A DNA stretch of 64,000 nt from Candidatus Poribacteria bacterium (GTDB taxonomy: Bacteria; Poribacteria; WGA-4E; WGA-3G). Where the stretch lies: positions 320,001 through 384,000 of the forward strand of contig OZ243938.1 of the NCBI GenBank assembly GCA_965214095.1, read 5' to 3'. The notes beneath the pieces were generated by a model that saw nothing but the letters and a program-made list of their open reading frames with translations, was not told the DNA's origin and made no database searches. Position numbers and translations under genes: made by a program. This document shows positions 8,855 through 19,356 of the stretch, piece by piece (position 1 is the first letter of the stretch; each line of letters starts with the position of its first letter).

Positions 8855-11800
8855 TTAATATCTCGTAATCGTCTCATGCAGATTTAAAATCACACGAGCA
8901 ACAGATGTCCATGATGCCAATTCAATAGGTTCAACACCTTGCGTTGCGGGAGCTTCACCTATAGCAGCTAATGTGTTTGCTACGCCTGGATTTTCGGTAT
9001 ATTCGCTTTTATGTTTCTCAAATAACTGCGTCATAATCTCAAGCTCTTTCGGTTGAGGTAGCCGTGATAACGCGTGTCGATATGCCCAATTGATTCGCTC
9101 TGTAGGAGTGCCACCACCTTCACGGATTATACGTGCCGCGAGAACACGTGCTGCCTCAACATAAGTCGGATCATTCAACAATGTCAGTGCCTGCATTGGT
9201 GTGTTAGATGTTGATCTTTCGGCAGTGCATTCCTGTCTGCTTGGTGCATCAAATGCCATCATACTCGGATGTAAGAAAGTTCGCTGCCAATGCGTATAAA
9301 GTCCGCGACGATACTGACTCTCCCCTTTATCATGAACATATCTTCGTTTTGGGAAGTTAAGGTTTGAATAGTATCCTACGGGTTGATACGGTCTAACACT
9401 TGGTCCGCCAATTTTGGAAACAAGAAGTCCACTTAACAATAATGCGTTGTCACGAACGATTTCCGCATCAAGCCGCCAACGCGATTGTCGTGCAATAAGT
9501 CTATTGTATGGGTCTTTTTCGCGCAGTACCTCATTTGGTTTTGAGGACTGACGATATGTATTTGAAGAAACAATCAGTTTCACCATCTGTTTGACATTCC
9601 ATCCACTTTCCATAAACTCAACTGCCAACCAATCAAGGAGTTCTGCATGGACTGGTGGTTCACCTTGTGCTCCAAGGTCATCAAGCACGCGAGAGATACC
9701 TGTGCCAAAATAAAGTGCCCAGAGACGATTGACAAAAGCACGTGCCGTCAAAGGATTATTCCTTGACACAACCCAATTTGCGAGATCAAGTCGTGTCGGA
9801 CGACGATTCTTTATATTGAAATCACCCATAAATTCAGGTATCATCGGTTCAACAATGTCACCAGAATCGTCTAACCAATTCCCTCTCGGTAATATTCGGG
9901 TTGTTCGAGGCTGAACTGAAATAGTTGTAAGTGAGAATGGACTTTTTGATCTGATCTCATTTTGACGTTTGTCTAAATCCGAAATCTGTGTGCGGATACC
10001 ATCAAGTGCTGGTGCTATTTGTCGGAAGTAATCTTCAATCTGTTTTCTTTGGTTGGTTGTTCGGACAAACGGATCAACTTGAATAGCATTAATAACAGCA
10101 CCGTCATGAGAATTCCTTGTCACTACACCAACTGTCGTTTCAATACCAGCGACATCCCAATAGGTAGTTCCACCAAATTGTGTGAATGCAATTCCATTCA
10201 GGACACTTCCTGCTTTCAAACCGACTAATGCCGGATCAACTTCAAGACGGACCCATTTTCCCAATTCTGGTAGATCACCCATCGGTTTATGCGCTGGTGT
10301 ATCACTTCCAATGTCTCCATACACTATTTTGTCTTCTCCCCAGAATGCACGGTGGTCCCAACTACCATCGTTCCATTGAAGCATAATTGTCTGAGGTGTG
10401 TTCTCAGGATCTAACCACACATAAGCATATAGAATATCACCTTCGGCAAGTGTGACCTTCCGATTTGCATTGTGGAACGAATGTTGAACAAGTTGATCTG
10501 GTGCAGCAGTTTGTATTCGTGACTTTTCTTTGCTAAAAACAGGTGCTTCAGTTTTATTAACAAATTTCCATGTACCTTCTGTTCTTCCTCCATTTGACTG
10601 TGCATCATCAACCCAAGCGAAATCTGCAGGTTCTGTTGAAGTGAGAAGTGAACGTATCTCTTCCTCCCACTTAGTCTGCTCTGCCTTTAAACCTGGAGAT
10701 GACAACTTAAAGACTTTTCGCAACCTTACTAATTCATCGTCAATCTGATCTAATTCATCCTGTTGCTCTTGAGACGGTAACATCACAACAGGATCCCATT
10801 TGCTTCCACCTCGATATACTCCGGGACCCTCAATATCTGCGAAGAAGGCAGCGAAACTGTAAAAATCTTTAGCTGTAAAAGGATCAAATTTGTGGTCGTG
10901 GCATTGTGCACAACCGAGTGTAGCACCTAACCAAACAGATGCTGTTGTGCGTACTCTATCAGCCGCATAGATTGTGAGATATTCTTTCGCTTGTGCGCCA
11001 CCTTCAGCAGTTGTTTGAATTAGTCTATTATATCCAGATGCTACCTTCTGTTCAGGGCTTGCATTGGGTATTTGATCCCCTGCCAGATTCTCTATTGTAA
11101 ATTGATTAAATGGCATATTCTCATTAAATGCTTTTATTACATAATCACGGTAGGGCCATACGCTCACATTTTCATCGGAATGATAACCACTTGTGTCTGC
11201 ATATCGCACTAAATCGAGCCAGTAGATTGCCATCCGTTCACCGAACTGGGGTTTAGATAGCAAACGGTTAATGAGATTCTCATAAGCATCTGGACTTTCA
11301 TCTCTTATGAACTGATCAACCTCACCGGGTGTTGGTAGTAACCCTGTTAAATCAAAATGCAAACGACGACTGAGTGTGCGTTTATCTGCTTCTGCAGCTG
11401 GTTCAAGTCCTTCTGCGTTCAATGTAGATAATATAAACTGATCAATCGGATTTTTGACCCAATCAGGATTTTCTATTTCTGGAAGTTCACCCCGTTTCGG
11501 AGGAATATATGCCCAATGTTCTTCCCATTCTGCACCTTCGGCAATCCACTGTATTAACGTATCTATCTGTTCTTGTGTTGGTTGACGATTTGAGTTCTGT
11601 GGAGGCATTCGTGTATCTATGTCTTCATGCGTTATTCTCTGAACCAATTCACTTTCTTCAGGTTTACCCGGTACAATTATGGGGTAACCACTTGGTTCAG
11701 AAAAAGCACCTTCTTTAATATCAAGACGTAGGTTCGCTTGTCGTACTGCTGGATCTGGTCCGTGACATGCATAACATTTATCAGATAAAATAGGACGAAT

Positions 11801-11941
11801 ATCACGATCAAATTGGAGTTTCTTCGCTTCAGTGAACTGGGAAAACTGTGTTAGCAACATCAAGATCACAAACAATCCAACCAGACATTTGAACAATTGT
11901 ATTGACGAAAATATCTTTGATTTTTGGTATTTCCAAAACAT
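8855..11941 (-). CDS. PSD1 / planctomycete cytochrome c domain protein (DUF1549 + DUF1553)
   Basis: FDRDIRPILSDKCYACHG, CAQCHDHKFDP, NPLTARAFVNRLW and C-terminal LNLHETIT. Confidence 0.92.
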   Translation of the reverse strand: MFWKYQKSKIFSSIQLFKCLVGLFVILMLLTQFSQFTEAKKLQFDRDIRPILSDKCYACHGPDPAVRQANLRLDIKEGAFSEPSGYPIIVPGKPEESELVQRITHEDIDTRMPPQNSNRQPTQEQIDTLIQWIAEGAEWEEHWAYIPPKRGELPEIENPDWVKNPIDQFILSTLNAEGLEPAAEADKRTLSRRLHFDLTGLLPTPGEVDQFIRDESPDAYENLINRLLSKPQFGERMAIYWLDLVRYADTSGYHSDENVSVWPYRDYVIKAFNENMPFNQFTIENLAGDQIPNASPEQKVASGYNRLIQTTAEGGAQAKEYLTIYAADRVRTTASVWLGATLGCAQCHDHKFDPFTAKDFYSFAAFFADIEGPGVYRGGSKWDPVVMLPSQEQQDELDQIDDELVRLRKVFKLSSPGLKAEQTKWEEEIRSLLTSTEPADFAWVDDAQSNGGRTEGTWKFVNKTEAPVFSKEKSRIQTAAPDQLVQHSFHNANRKVTLAEGDILYAYVWLDPENTPQTIMLQWNDGSWDHRAFWGEDKIVYGDIGSDTPAHKPMGDLPELGKWVRLEVDPALVGLKAGSVLNGIAFTQFGGTTYWDVAGIETTVGVVTRNSHDGAVINAIQVDPFVRTTNQRKQIEDYFRQIAPALDGIRTQISDLDKRQNEIRSKSPFSLTTISVQPRTTRILPRGNWLDDSGDIVEPMIPEFMGDFNIKNRRPTRLDLANWVVSRNNPLTARAFVNRLWALYFGTGISRVLDDLGAQGEPPVHAELLDWLAVEFMESGWNVKQMVKLIVSSNTYRQSSKPNEVLREKDPYNRLIARQSRWRLDAEIVRDNALLLSGLLVSKIGGPSVRPYQPVGYYSNLNFPKRRYVHDKGESQYRRGLYTHWQRTFLHPSMMAFDAPSRQECTAERSTSNTPMQALTLLNDPTYVEAARVLAARIIREGGGTPTERINWAYRHALSRLPQPKELEIMTQLFEKHKSEYTENPGVANTLAAIGEAPATQGVEPIELASWTSVARVILNLHETITRY

Positions 11942-12113
11942 TTTGGAATATCTCCTCCTCAGAAATTAGTAGAAATAATGACCATATTAACCGATGAATT
12001 TGTATGTCAAGTAATTTACCATAATATATTAATATGTGCAAATCTTATAATGAGTTTACGAATTTCGTTTGATTAATATTATAATTTAAAGTATAATACT
12101 CTAAAGTATATTA

Positions 12114-12423
12114 TAGTAAACTTTTGAATTATAGTTAAAACCATAATTATTTACACACGACGGTAGGTTCGGTTAGGAAACCGAACCATAGGCGTCAATT
12201 TAGTGTAAATTAGGCGTTTTCCCCAGGACGGTAGGTGCGGTTTCCTAACCGCACGGAACCTGTGCGAGAACCTCTATGAAGGTATTTGGCACAAAGCCGG
12301 TTCGGTTAGGAAACCAAACCTACCGGGTTTGGGTAAATGAGAATTACCCGTTTAATAAATTAATCTTCATTTAGGCATTCATCGTATGGCATTCTGCATT
12401 GGTTAGGAAACCGCATCTACCGA
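12114..12423. repeat. cluster of GTAG REP hairpins within MITE-like ends
   Basis: Four copies of GGTAGG-T(T/G)CGGTT-(AGGA/TCCT)-AACCG(A/C)AC in both orientations; homologous to 53102-53294; starts with the same TAGTAAACTTTTGAATTA as 61128. Confidence 0.75.
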
Positions 12424-12474
12424 GAAGTGCACACGTATTTTTTTATTTCACCATAATTCAAGAAAGGAGGAAAG

Positions 12475-13905
12475 GTGATGTTTATAAACAGAAAACAAGA
12501 ACTCAACAATTTAGAACAGATGTATCGTGCTAAAGGAGCAGAATTCTTTGTGTTGTATGGAAGACGAAGAATTGGCAAAACTGAACTTCTGAAGCAGTTT
12601 TGTAAAGACAAACGTAGTATCTATTTTCTTGCGAGTCAATTGAAAGAACGTGATCATCTCAATCAAATATTGGAAGTTGCTTTGCATGTAATAAAAGACC
12701 CGTTGCTACAGAATATGACATTCAACGATTGGGAATCTGTTCTTGTTTATTTTGCTCAAAAGGCTGAGGAAGAACCATTAGTCGTAGTCCTGGATGAATT
12801 CCAATATCTATGTGAAGATAATTCAGCACTACCTTCATTAGTCCAAAGGTTTTGGGATTTACATGGGAAAGATAGTAATTTATTCTTGATTCTATGTGGA
12901 TCACACGTCAGTTTCATGGAACGTGAGGTTTTAGCTGAACGTTCTCCTTTATATGGCAGGCGAACCGGTCAGCTTAAGTTGCAACCGTTATCCTACCGTG
13001 ACTGTGGAAGATTTTATCCAGAGTTTTCATCTCGTGAGAAAACACTGATATTTGGTATACTCGGAGGAGTTCCTTCATATCTGAGTCGCTTTACTCTAGA
13101 AAATACAGAACATCTACGTGAAGAATATAATCAATCTATAGAGCAGAACATGATAAATGAATTACTCACGCCTCAAGGTTACCTATTTGATGAGGTTAAT
13201 TTTTTGTTACGAACAGAACTCAGAGAACCCAGAACTTATGCGAGTATATTACAAGCGATAGCAAGTGGTATGACCCGTTTAAACGAAATATCGCAAAGAG
13301 TTGGACTTAACACGACAAGTACAAATAAATACGTGAGTGTTCTGCGAGAATTAGGTTTAGTAAAACGTGTTGTTCCGTTGACTGAACGTGCACCTGACAG
13401 AAGTAAAAAAGGACTGTATAAAATAGCAGATAACTATGTTAAATTTTGGCATAGATTTGTCTTACCTTTTCGAAGTCTTATAGAATCTGGAAATTCAGAT
13501 TTGGTATACAACCGGATGATTGCCCCTAATTTATCCCAATATATGGGAGAAATCTTTGAAGATGTTTGTCGTCAATATGTTGAACTCCATTGGGAGGAAA
13601 AGATAAGAAATGCGCCGAAACGGGTTGGTGCATATTGGGGATCAAATCTTGAAATAGACATAATGACGGAAAATTTAGATGATAGCAACTGGTTTGGTGA
13701 GTGTAAGTGGTGGAAAAGTCTTGTCGGTGAAAATGTCCTCAACAAACTCATAGAAAAAGTTGATTTACTTCCTGAACGCTGGAGAGAAAGAGCAAATTAT
13801 ATGTTGTTTTCGGCTTCCGGTTTTACTGATTCACTAAAACAAAGAGCATTCGATACTGGAGTTATACTCATTGATCTAAATGATCTATATGAAGACAGTA
13901 ATTGA
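12475..13905 (+). CDS. AAA ATPase (archaeal ATPase_2 type) with winged helix and C-terminal DUF234 nuclease-like domain
   Basis: FINRKQEL, YGRRRIGKT Walker A, VLDEFQ Walker B, EID...GECKW. Confidence 0.88.
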   Translation: MMFINRKQELNNLEQMYRAKGAEFFVLYGRRRIGKTELLKQFCKDKRSIYFLASQLKERDHLNQILEVALHVIKDPLLQNMTFNDWESVLVYFAQKAEEEPLVVVLDEFQYLCEDNSALPSLVQRFWDLHGKDSNLFLILCGSHVSFMEREVLAERSPLYGRRTGQLKLQPLSYRDCGRFYPEFSSREKTLIFGILGGVPSYLSRFTLENTEHLREEYNQSIEQNMINELLTPQGYLFDEVNFLLRTELREPRTYASILQAIASGMTRLNEISQRVGLNTTSTNKYVSVLRELGLVKRVVPLTERAPDRSKKGLYKIADNYVKFWHRFVLPFRSLIESGNSDLVYNRMIAPNLSQYMGEIFEDVCRQYVELHWEEKIRNAPKRVGAYWGSNLEIDIMTENLDDSNWFGECKWWKSLVGENVLNKLIEKVDLLPERWRERANYMLFSASGFTDSLKQRAFDTGVILIDLNDLYEDSN

Positions 13906-13921
13906 CTAAAATAGGCATAGA

Positions 13922-15340
13922 TTATTTAGGAATGCGTTGATGTGGGTCAATGAAAGTGTTCTTATTATCCTTTTTCCGAGGAGGTGGTAAAGAATCCAAT
14001 TTTGCACGAAGTTTTGAAAGAACTTCAGCATAATTGGGATTGTCTATGAGATTGTTACACTCATTGGGATCGTTGGCAAGGTCAAAGAGCTGGTCTTGCC
14101 ATCCCTTATCCTTGTCAAAGCGGAAATACTTCATATCACTATCTTTTACCATGACAGATGGACCGTTCTGTGCACGCCAGAGTTCACTATAAACAGTATC
14201 ATTCCAATTATCTGCATTTCCTTCTATCAGAGGAACAAGTGATGATCCATCAAGCTCATCAGGCATAGGGATTTCAGCTAAATCACAAAGTGTTGGAAAG
14301 AGATCTACTAATGATACATTTTGTTCTATTATCTTTGGGGAAAGTCCAAATTTCTTTGGATACCAAATTGACAACGGGACTCGGACAGAAGGTTCAAAAT
14401 AACTCTGTTTCTCCCACAGTCCTTTTGTTCCAAGCATTTCACCGTGGTCAGAAAGAAAGACAACGATGAAGTCATCAAGAACATTCAGGTGTTCCATTTT
14501 CTCAATAACTCTACCAAACTGTGCATCCATCCACTCAATCATACCGTAATATGCAGCAGTGGCGCGGTGTGCTTGACGGTAAGTAACATCCTTACCCACT
14601 TTAACACGGAAAAAGTCTGCATAATCGAACTTCTCATTAGGTTCTTCAATAATCGGTTCAACACGTTGCATGTAGTAATTGAACAGGTCAAGCGGACATT
14701 GATATGGATAATGCGGAGCAATCAGACTGACAGCAAGACACAACGGAGCTGCTTTCGGTCGGTCATAGGATGCGTTGACAAAATATTCTTCAAGAAAAAG
14801 TAAGGCACCGTCCACATTATATTGATCGTGTAGCATCCAATGTCCTATCCCTGGTTGTGCATCCCGTATCTCTTGTGCACACTTATCTCGTTTCATTCCT
14901 GTTCCGGGTTCACGTTCAATCTGTGCAGTGTGTTCATCTTTTACAGCGGGATAGGGATAGCCATTGTTACCGATAATATCACGACCAATTCGTTCATGCC
15001 ATCCGTGCATGACATCAGTTCCCACAAAATGCATTTTGCCAGCACAACATGAATAATATCCATAGTTTCCTAATTGACCTGGAATAGTTCGCACCTCTGT
15101 CGGCATAGGGTCACCGAAGTTTAGACATCCACTATTCCGTGGATAGAGTCCGGAGAGAAAACTTTGTCGTGCAGGTACACAGACTGGTGAAGGTGTATAA
15201 GCATTGCGAAAGTAGGTCCCTTCATCCATAAAGCGAGAAAGTGTGGGTGTTCGGATAGCCGTGTCACCTTCTATTGGTAATATATCTGGTCGGTGTTCAT
15301 CGTTGATGAGTAATAGAATATGCGGTTTGTTTTGTGACAT
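13922..15340 (-). CDS. sulfatase (choline-sulfatase-like)
   Basis: SPVCVPARQS (CxPxR), GKMH and SDHGEMLG motifs; start MSQNK, since the longer ORF runs into a MITE. Confidence 0.9.
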   Translation of the reverse strand: MSQNKPHILLLINDEHRPDILPIEGDTAIRTPTLSRFMDEGTYFRNAYTPSPVCVPARQSFLSGLYPRNSGCLNFGDPMPTEVRTIPGQLGNYGYYSCCAGKMHFVGTDVMHGWHERIGRDIIGNNGYPYPAVKDEHTAQIEREPGTGMKRDKCAQEIRDAQPGIGHWMLHDQYNVDGALLFLEEYFVNASYDRPKAAPLCLAVSLIAPHYPYQCPLDLFNYYMQRVEPIIEEPNEKFDYADFFRVKVGKDVTYRQAHRATAAYYGMIEWMDAQFGRVIEKMEHLNVLDDFIVVFLSDHGEMLGTKGLWEKQSYFEPSVRVPLSIWYPKKFGLSPKIIEQNVSLVDLFPTLCDLAEIPMPDELDGSSLVPLIEGNADNWNDTVYSELWRAQNGPSVMVKDSDMKYFRFDKDKGWQDQLFDLANDPNECNNLIDNPNYAEVLSKLRAKLDSLPPPRKKDNKNTFIDPHQRIPK

Positions 15341-15389
15341 AGTAGTTTCCAAAGATATGTGTAATGAATTAACATCAAAAATTACATTA

Positions 15390-15488
15390 TAGTGAATTAT
15401 GAATACAAGTTGACACTTTCGTCCCACGGTAGGCGAGGTTTCCTAACCTCGCCGATGCAGAGTGTTCAAGTATTCTTAAAATCTACTA
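15390..15488 (+). mobile_element. 99-bp MITE (TA target duplication) carrying a REP hairpin, copy 1
   Basis: TA|TAGTGAATT...AATCTACTA|TA; internal GGTAGGCGAGGTTTCCTAACCTCGCC; near-identical to 19357-19455 and 61402-61500. Confidence 0.8.
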
Positions 15489-15510
15489 TAATTGTAGTGT
15501 GTCTATTCCA

Positions 15511-16269
15511 TCAATAGGGTGCCATTAGATCTACTGCTCCAGAGAACTGTTTTCGCTCAAATTCGGGTGAAATCCATCTTTTACCTGGGTCTTTACCCGG
15601 TTTATAATATCCATAAACAACTGTCCACCTGGTATCACTTTCCTGTTTTCTTGGTGTTACTGCATGGGCTGCATGTGTCCACATCAAGACGACTGTTCTC
15701 TTTGGCACTGAAAGCGTTTGGATCTTCAAAGGTTCACCAGTCTTTGGATGCGTTTTCCCTACCAACCAACCATCCTGTAAGACTTCATCTGTTGCAGCCT
15801 GAATTTTAGGATCGCGGTAAAGATGACTTCCAGGCACTGCCTTCAAACCACCGTCATCCGCTTCAAATCCGTTGACATAGAAGAATATGCGAACATAACC
15901 GTAGTGGGGATCATCCTCTGAATAACCGTGACTATGCCATCCGATGCCGCCATTACCACCTGGACGATTGAGACTAACGCAGTGGTCATAACGTATCTCT
16001 TCACCAAGTACTTGGCGTGCAAGTTTGAGCATTTGTGGATGCGCGATAAGACTTTCGAGATAAGTATCATATTCTGCCGCAAATCTGTTCGGTTCATATC
16101 CTTTCTTACCACCTGGGATGAGTGATTCAATCCGAGTTAACGCTTCTGTCAATCGTTCCTGAGCATCGGAAGTAAGAAGTTTAGGTAGTACGTAATGACC
16201 ATCATGATCTAATTCCTTTCGTTCTTGATCTCCGAATGTATAATCCTGAAAAATTGGTTTCTGTGCCAT
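15511..16269 (-). CDS. phytanoyl-CoA dioxygenase (PhyH) family protein, HxH variant
   Basis: DGHYVL, GWHSH, LKAVPGSH, AAHA and terminal R motifs. Confidence 0.85.
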   Translation of the reverse strand: MAQKPIFQDYTFGDQERKELDHDGHYVLPKLLTSDAQERLTEALTRIESLIPGGKKGYEPNRFAAEYDTYLESLIAHPQMLKLARQVLGEEIRYDHCVSLNRPGGNGGIGWHSHGYSEDDPHYGYVRIFFYVNGFEADDGGLKAVPGSHLYRDPKIQAATDEVLQDGWLVGKTHPKTGEPLKIQTLSVPKRTVVLMWTHAAHAVTPRKQESDTRWTVVYGYYKPGKDPGKRWISPEFERKQFSGAVDLMAPY

Positions 16270-16290
16270 AAAAAACACCTAACTACTACT

Positions 16291-17049
16291 CTAATATAGA
16301 GACATTAACCCTTCTGTTCCGGGGATTGGCTTTTTCTCAAATTCGGGTGTAATCCAACGGGCATGAGAAGGTTTACCGGGGTTGCGATAGGCGTAGACAA
16401 CAGTCCACCGTGTATCGCTCTCCTGTTTTCTTGGCGTTACTGCATGTGCTGCATGTGTCCACATTAAGATGACTGTTCCTGGTGGGACTGATAAAGCCTG
16501 AACCTCTAAAGGTTCACCCGTCTCTTTATGGATTTTTCCAGCCAACCAACCTTCTCGTAATGCTGCATCAGTTCCACCATGAATTCTTCCATCTCGGTAA
16601 AGATGACTACCAGGTACTGCTTTCAAGCCACCATCATCTACTTCAAATCCATTGACATAGAAAAAGATGCGTACAAAACCGTAACTTGGGTCGTCATCTG
16701 AATATCCATGGCTATGCCAACCAATGCCACCATTACCTCCGTGTCTATTAAGACTGACGCAGTGGTCATATCGAATATCGTCACCAAGCACTTTTCGTGC
16801 AAGTTCCAGCATTTGTGGATGTGCAATTACACTCTCAAGGTAGCTATCATATTCGGCAGAAAATCGGTTGGGTTCATGTCCTTCCTTACTATTAGGTATT
16901 AGCGATTGAATCAGAGACAACGATTCTGTCAATTGCTCTTGTGCGTCATCTGTTAACAGACCTGGTAACACATAATGACCATCTCTGTCAAGAACTTTAC
17001 GTTCTTCAGCACCAAAAGTGTAATCATAAAAAATAGGACTAATGGACAT
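16291..17049 (-). CDS. phytanoyl-CoA dioxygenase (PhyH) family protein, HxH variant
   Basis: Close paralogue of 15511-16269; start MSISP after AGGAG. Confidence 0.85.
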   Translation of the reverse strand: MSISPIFYDYTFGAEERKVLDRDGHYVLPGLLTDDAQEQLTESLSLIQSLIPNSKEGHEPNRFSAEYDSYLESVIAHPQMLELARKVLGDDIRYDHCVSLNRHGGNGGIGWHSHGYSDDDPSYGFVRIFFYVNGFEVDDGGLKAVPGSHLYRDGRIHGGTDAALREGWLAGKIHKETGEPLEVQALSVPPGTVILMWTHAAHAVTPRKQESDTRWTVVYAYRNPGKPSHARWITPEFEKKPIPGTEGLMSLY

Positions 17050-17087
17050 ATTAATCTCCTGAGATACTCTTGCTGTTTTATTTGAAC

Positions 17088-17927
17088 CTATTTTAGTTCC
17101 GGACCAGGTGTTCTGTTCCACTCTATCGGTTCAATGTCACCTTGATAATTTGGGTTGAGTTCCGCTATTCTGTCCCAGTCTTCCTCCGACCAATGTATTT
17201 TCTGCCGCATTCTACCAATATGAGCTTGCATTGCTTCTGGTAGCAATGCAAAAAATGGATGATACCATAATGTAATCACTGTACGTCTCTCATCCGATTG
17301 ATTGCTGTGTGATGCGTGAAGCAATCGAGAATCACCGATAACAAGATCACCAGCATTGACAGAAATGTCAATTTCACTTGGATAGTGTTGAAAAGCAGGA
17401 TGGTCAGGATTTTCTACCCGCTGTAGATCCGCACCGTGTGCATTTGGTAAAATATCATGGAGTGGATGTCTTTTTAAGTGTGAGCCTCTGATCACACGTA
17501 GACATCCGTTATAAGGTGTTGTATCAACCAAATAATACATCAGAAAAAGTTGTTGAGGGAGTGCTGTGTAACTACAAGGATCGTTCCAACCCCACCAATC
17601 CTGATGCCAAAACAGCGGTGGACTCTTCGGTGGTTTGCTAATGACATATCCTGAAGAGAATTTAGGTCTCAGGAAGCCTAAAACATCTAATGCAAGCAGT
17701 GTTCGTGGGTAGACGACTAATTCTGAAAACAAAGAGTGCATATAAATACTGATCATACTCCCAGATGATCGGGTTGCCGCCAATTGCTCCTCTGTCTGAT
17801 CGTCCAACAGTGTATCTGTAACTGAACGAAGATGGACTATCATATCATCTTTAAGCACATTCTCAACGACACAATAACCATCTGAAATCAATTGGTCATA
17901 TTTCTCTTTAGGTTTCTCAATTTCCAT
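17088..17927 (-). CDS. phytanoyl-CoA dioxygenase (PhyH) family protein
   Basis: Canonical WHQD, NGCLRVIRGSH, AGD...LLHAS and RR motifs. Confidence 0.88.
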   Translation of the reverse strand: MEIEKPKEKYDQLISDGYCVVENVLKDDMIVHLRSVTDTLLDDQTEEQLAATRSSGSMISIYMHSLFSELVVYPRTLLALDVLGFLRPKFSSGYVISKPPKSPPLFWHQDWWGWNDPCSYTALPQQLFLMYYLVDTTPYNGCLRVIRGSHLKRHPLHDILPNAHGADLQRVENPDHPAFQHYPSEIDISVNAGDLVIGDSRLLHASHSNQSDERRTVITLWYHPFFALLPEAMQAHIGRMRQKIHWSEEDWDRIAELNPNYQGDIEPIEWNRTPGPELK

Positions 17928-17953
17928 ATTAACACTACCAGACAAAGTATTAA

Positions 17954-19327
17954 TTACTCCGCTAATTCTTTTGCTTTCTGATACTTCTGTTGCGCGAATT
18001 GTCCCCACTCTTTGATCTTCTCATTACGATAGACCTGATCTTTCCATTCTGATGCAGCCATTTTCATTGCCTCATCTTCTGTAACCGGCATTTTCACTAA
18101 TTCAGCAATTGCGAGAGTTTGTTTTTCCGCATCTTGGGAATTCGCTATTGCTTTCCATGCATCAACAAGATCGGTATGAGAGTCAATGATGAGGATACCA
18201 AATAGGTCGTTAACAATGTCCCAACGTGCGCCACCTTTATCTGCATCATAAGGAAACGGTGATATTTCCAAAGCAAAAGGATTCGTTACAACACATCGAT
18301 CCCCTAATATATCATAGAGCTCTGGGAGAACGCTTGCGCGATTAAGTCCACCCTTCCATTCTGGTCCCTCTGCATCACTATCTCGTAACATCCACAGTTT
18401 TTGTGCTTGCTCTGATAAGACAAACTCAACGAATTTCTTCGCAACCGACATGTTTGATGCACCTTTGAGTATTGCAATTGAATCTGGATTAACCACAGTT
18501 CCATCGGATGGCAATACATACTTTATTGTTTCTGTACCTAATGCTGCAATTTGACTGTACGCATAAAAGTCTATTGCCAATCCATAGAGAACTTGACCTG
18601 TACCGACATCTCTTGGAATAACGTTTGATCCTGCTGAAAACTTCTTTACATTACCACCCAATTTTGTTAGGAGTGCAAACCCGTCTTCCCATCCATGTGT
18701 TTGTAATATAATTTCATACATCATGTGTGCGCTACCGCTTTCTCTTGGATCCGCAGCACCAATTTGATTAATCAATGCTGGATTACCCAAATCCTCCCAT
18801 TTTTTCGCTTCCGGCAGCTTCTCAATCTTGCGTAACTGGTCATTATACATAATACCAAAACTTGATAAGGCTGCTCCATACCACCTATACTGTGGATCGT
18901 AGACAGGTATCCCATGATATGATTGCGGTATCTGATTAAGTTGTTCATCGGGTATTTTGTAAGATGTAAGTAAATCCATTTCAGCTAAACGGAGGTAACT
19001 GTCAGTGCCACCACCAAAGAAGATATCAATGCCAATTCCATCAGGTTTACGTTTGTACTCGTCTGCGATAAAACGATAATTAGAAGATGTACCACCGACA
19101 TCACGCCAATCTGTTTTCACAGGTCTTCCAGTCTGTTCCTCATACCATCTTTCAAAATTACTACCAAATTCAGACTCAATACTTTCTGGATGCGGAGAAA
19201 TAATGATGAGTTGATCCTGAGTCTGTTCTGTTGATTGGCAATTCCAAATTACCGTTAAACATAGCAGTAACACGAATGTTGCGAGATAGTTAAACCTAAA
19301 TGATCTAAAATTGGACATGGTTGTCAA
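17954..19327 (-). CDS. ABC transporter substrate-binding protein (Fe3+/polyamine-type cluster)
   Basis: DIFFGGG, DPRESGS and PDSIAILKGA motifs; N-terminal signal or lipoprotein peptide. Confidence 0.8.
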   Translation of the reverse strand: MTTMSNFRSFRFNYLATFVLLLCLTVIWNCQSTEQTQDQLIIISPHPESIESEFGSNFERWYEEQTGRPVKTDWRDVGGTSSNYRFIADEYKRKPDGIGIDIFFGGGTDSYLRLAEMDLLTSYKIPDEQLNQIPQSYHGIPVYDPQYRWYGAALSSFGIMYNDQLRKIEKLPEAKKWEDLGNPALINQIGAADPRESGSAHMMYEIILQTHGWEDGFALLTKLGGNVKKFSAGSNVIPRDVGTGQVLYGLAIDFYAYSQIAALGTETIKYVLPSDGTVVNPDSIAILKGASNMSVAKKFVEFVLSEQAQKLWMLRDSDAEGPEWKGGLNRASVLPELYDILGDRCVVTNPFALEISPFPYDADKGGARWDIVNDLFGILIIDSHTDLVDAWKAIANSQDAEKQTLAIAELVKMPVTEDEAMKMAASEWKDQVYRNEKIKEWGQFAQQKYQKAKELAE

Positions 19328-19356
19328 TACTCCTATTAATAGATGTAGATTATTTA

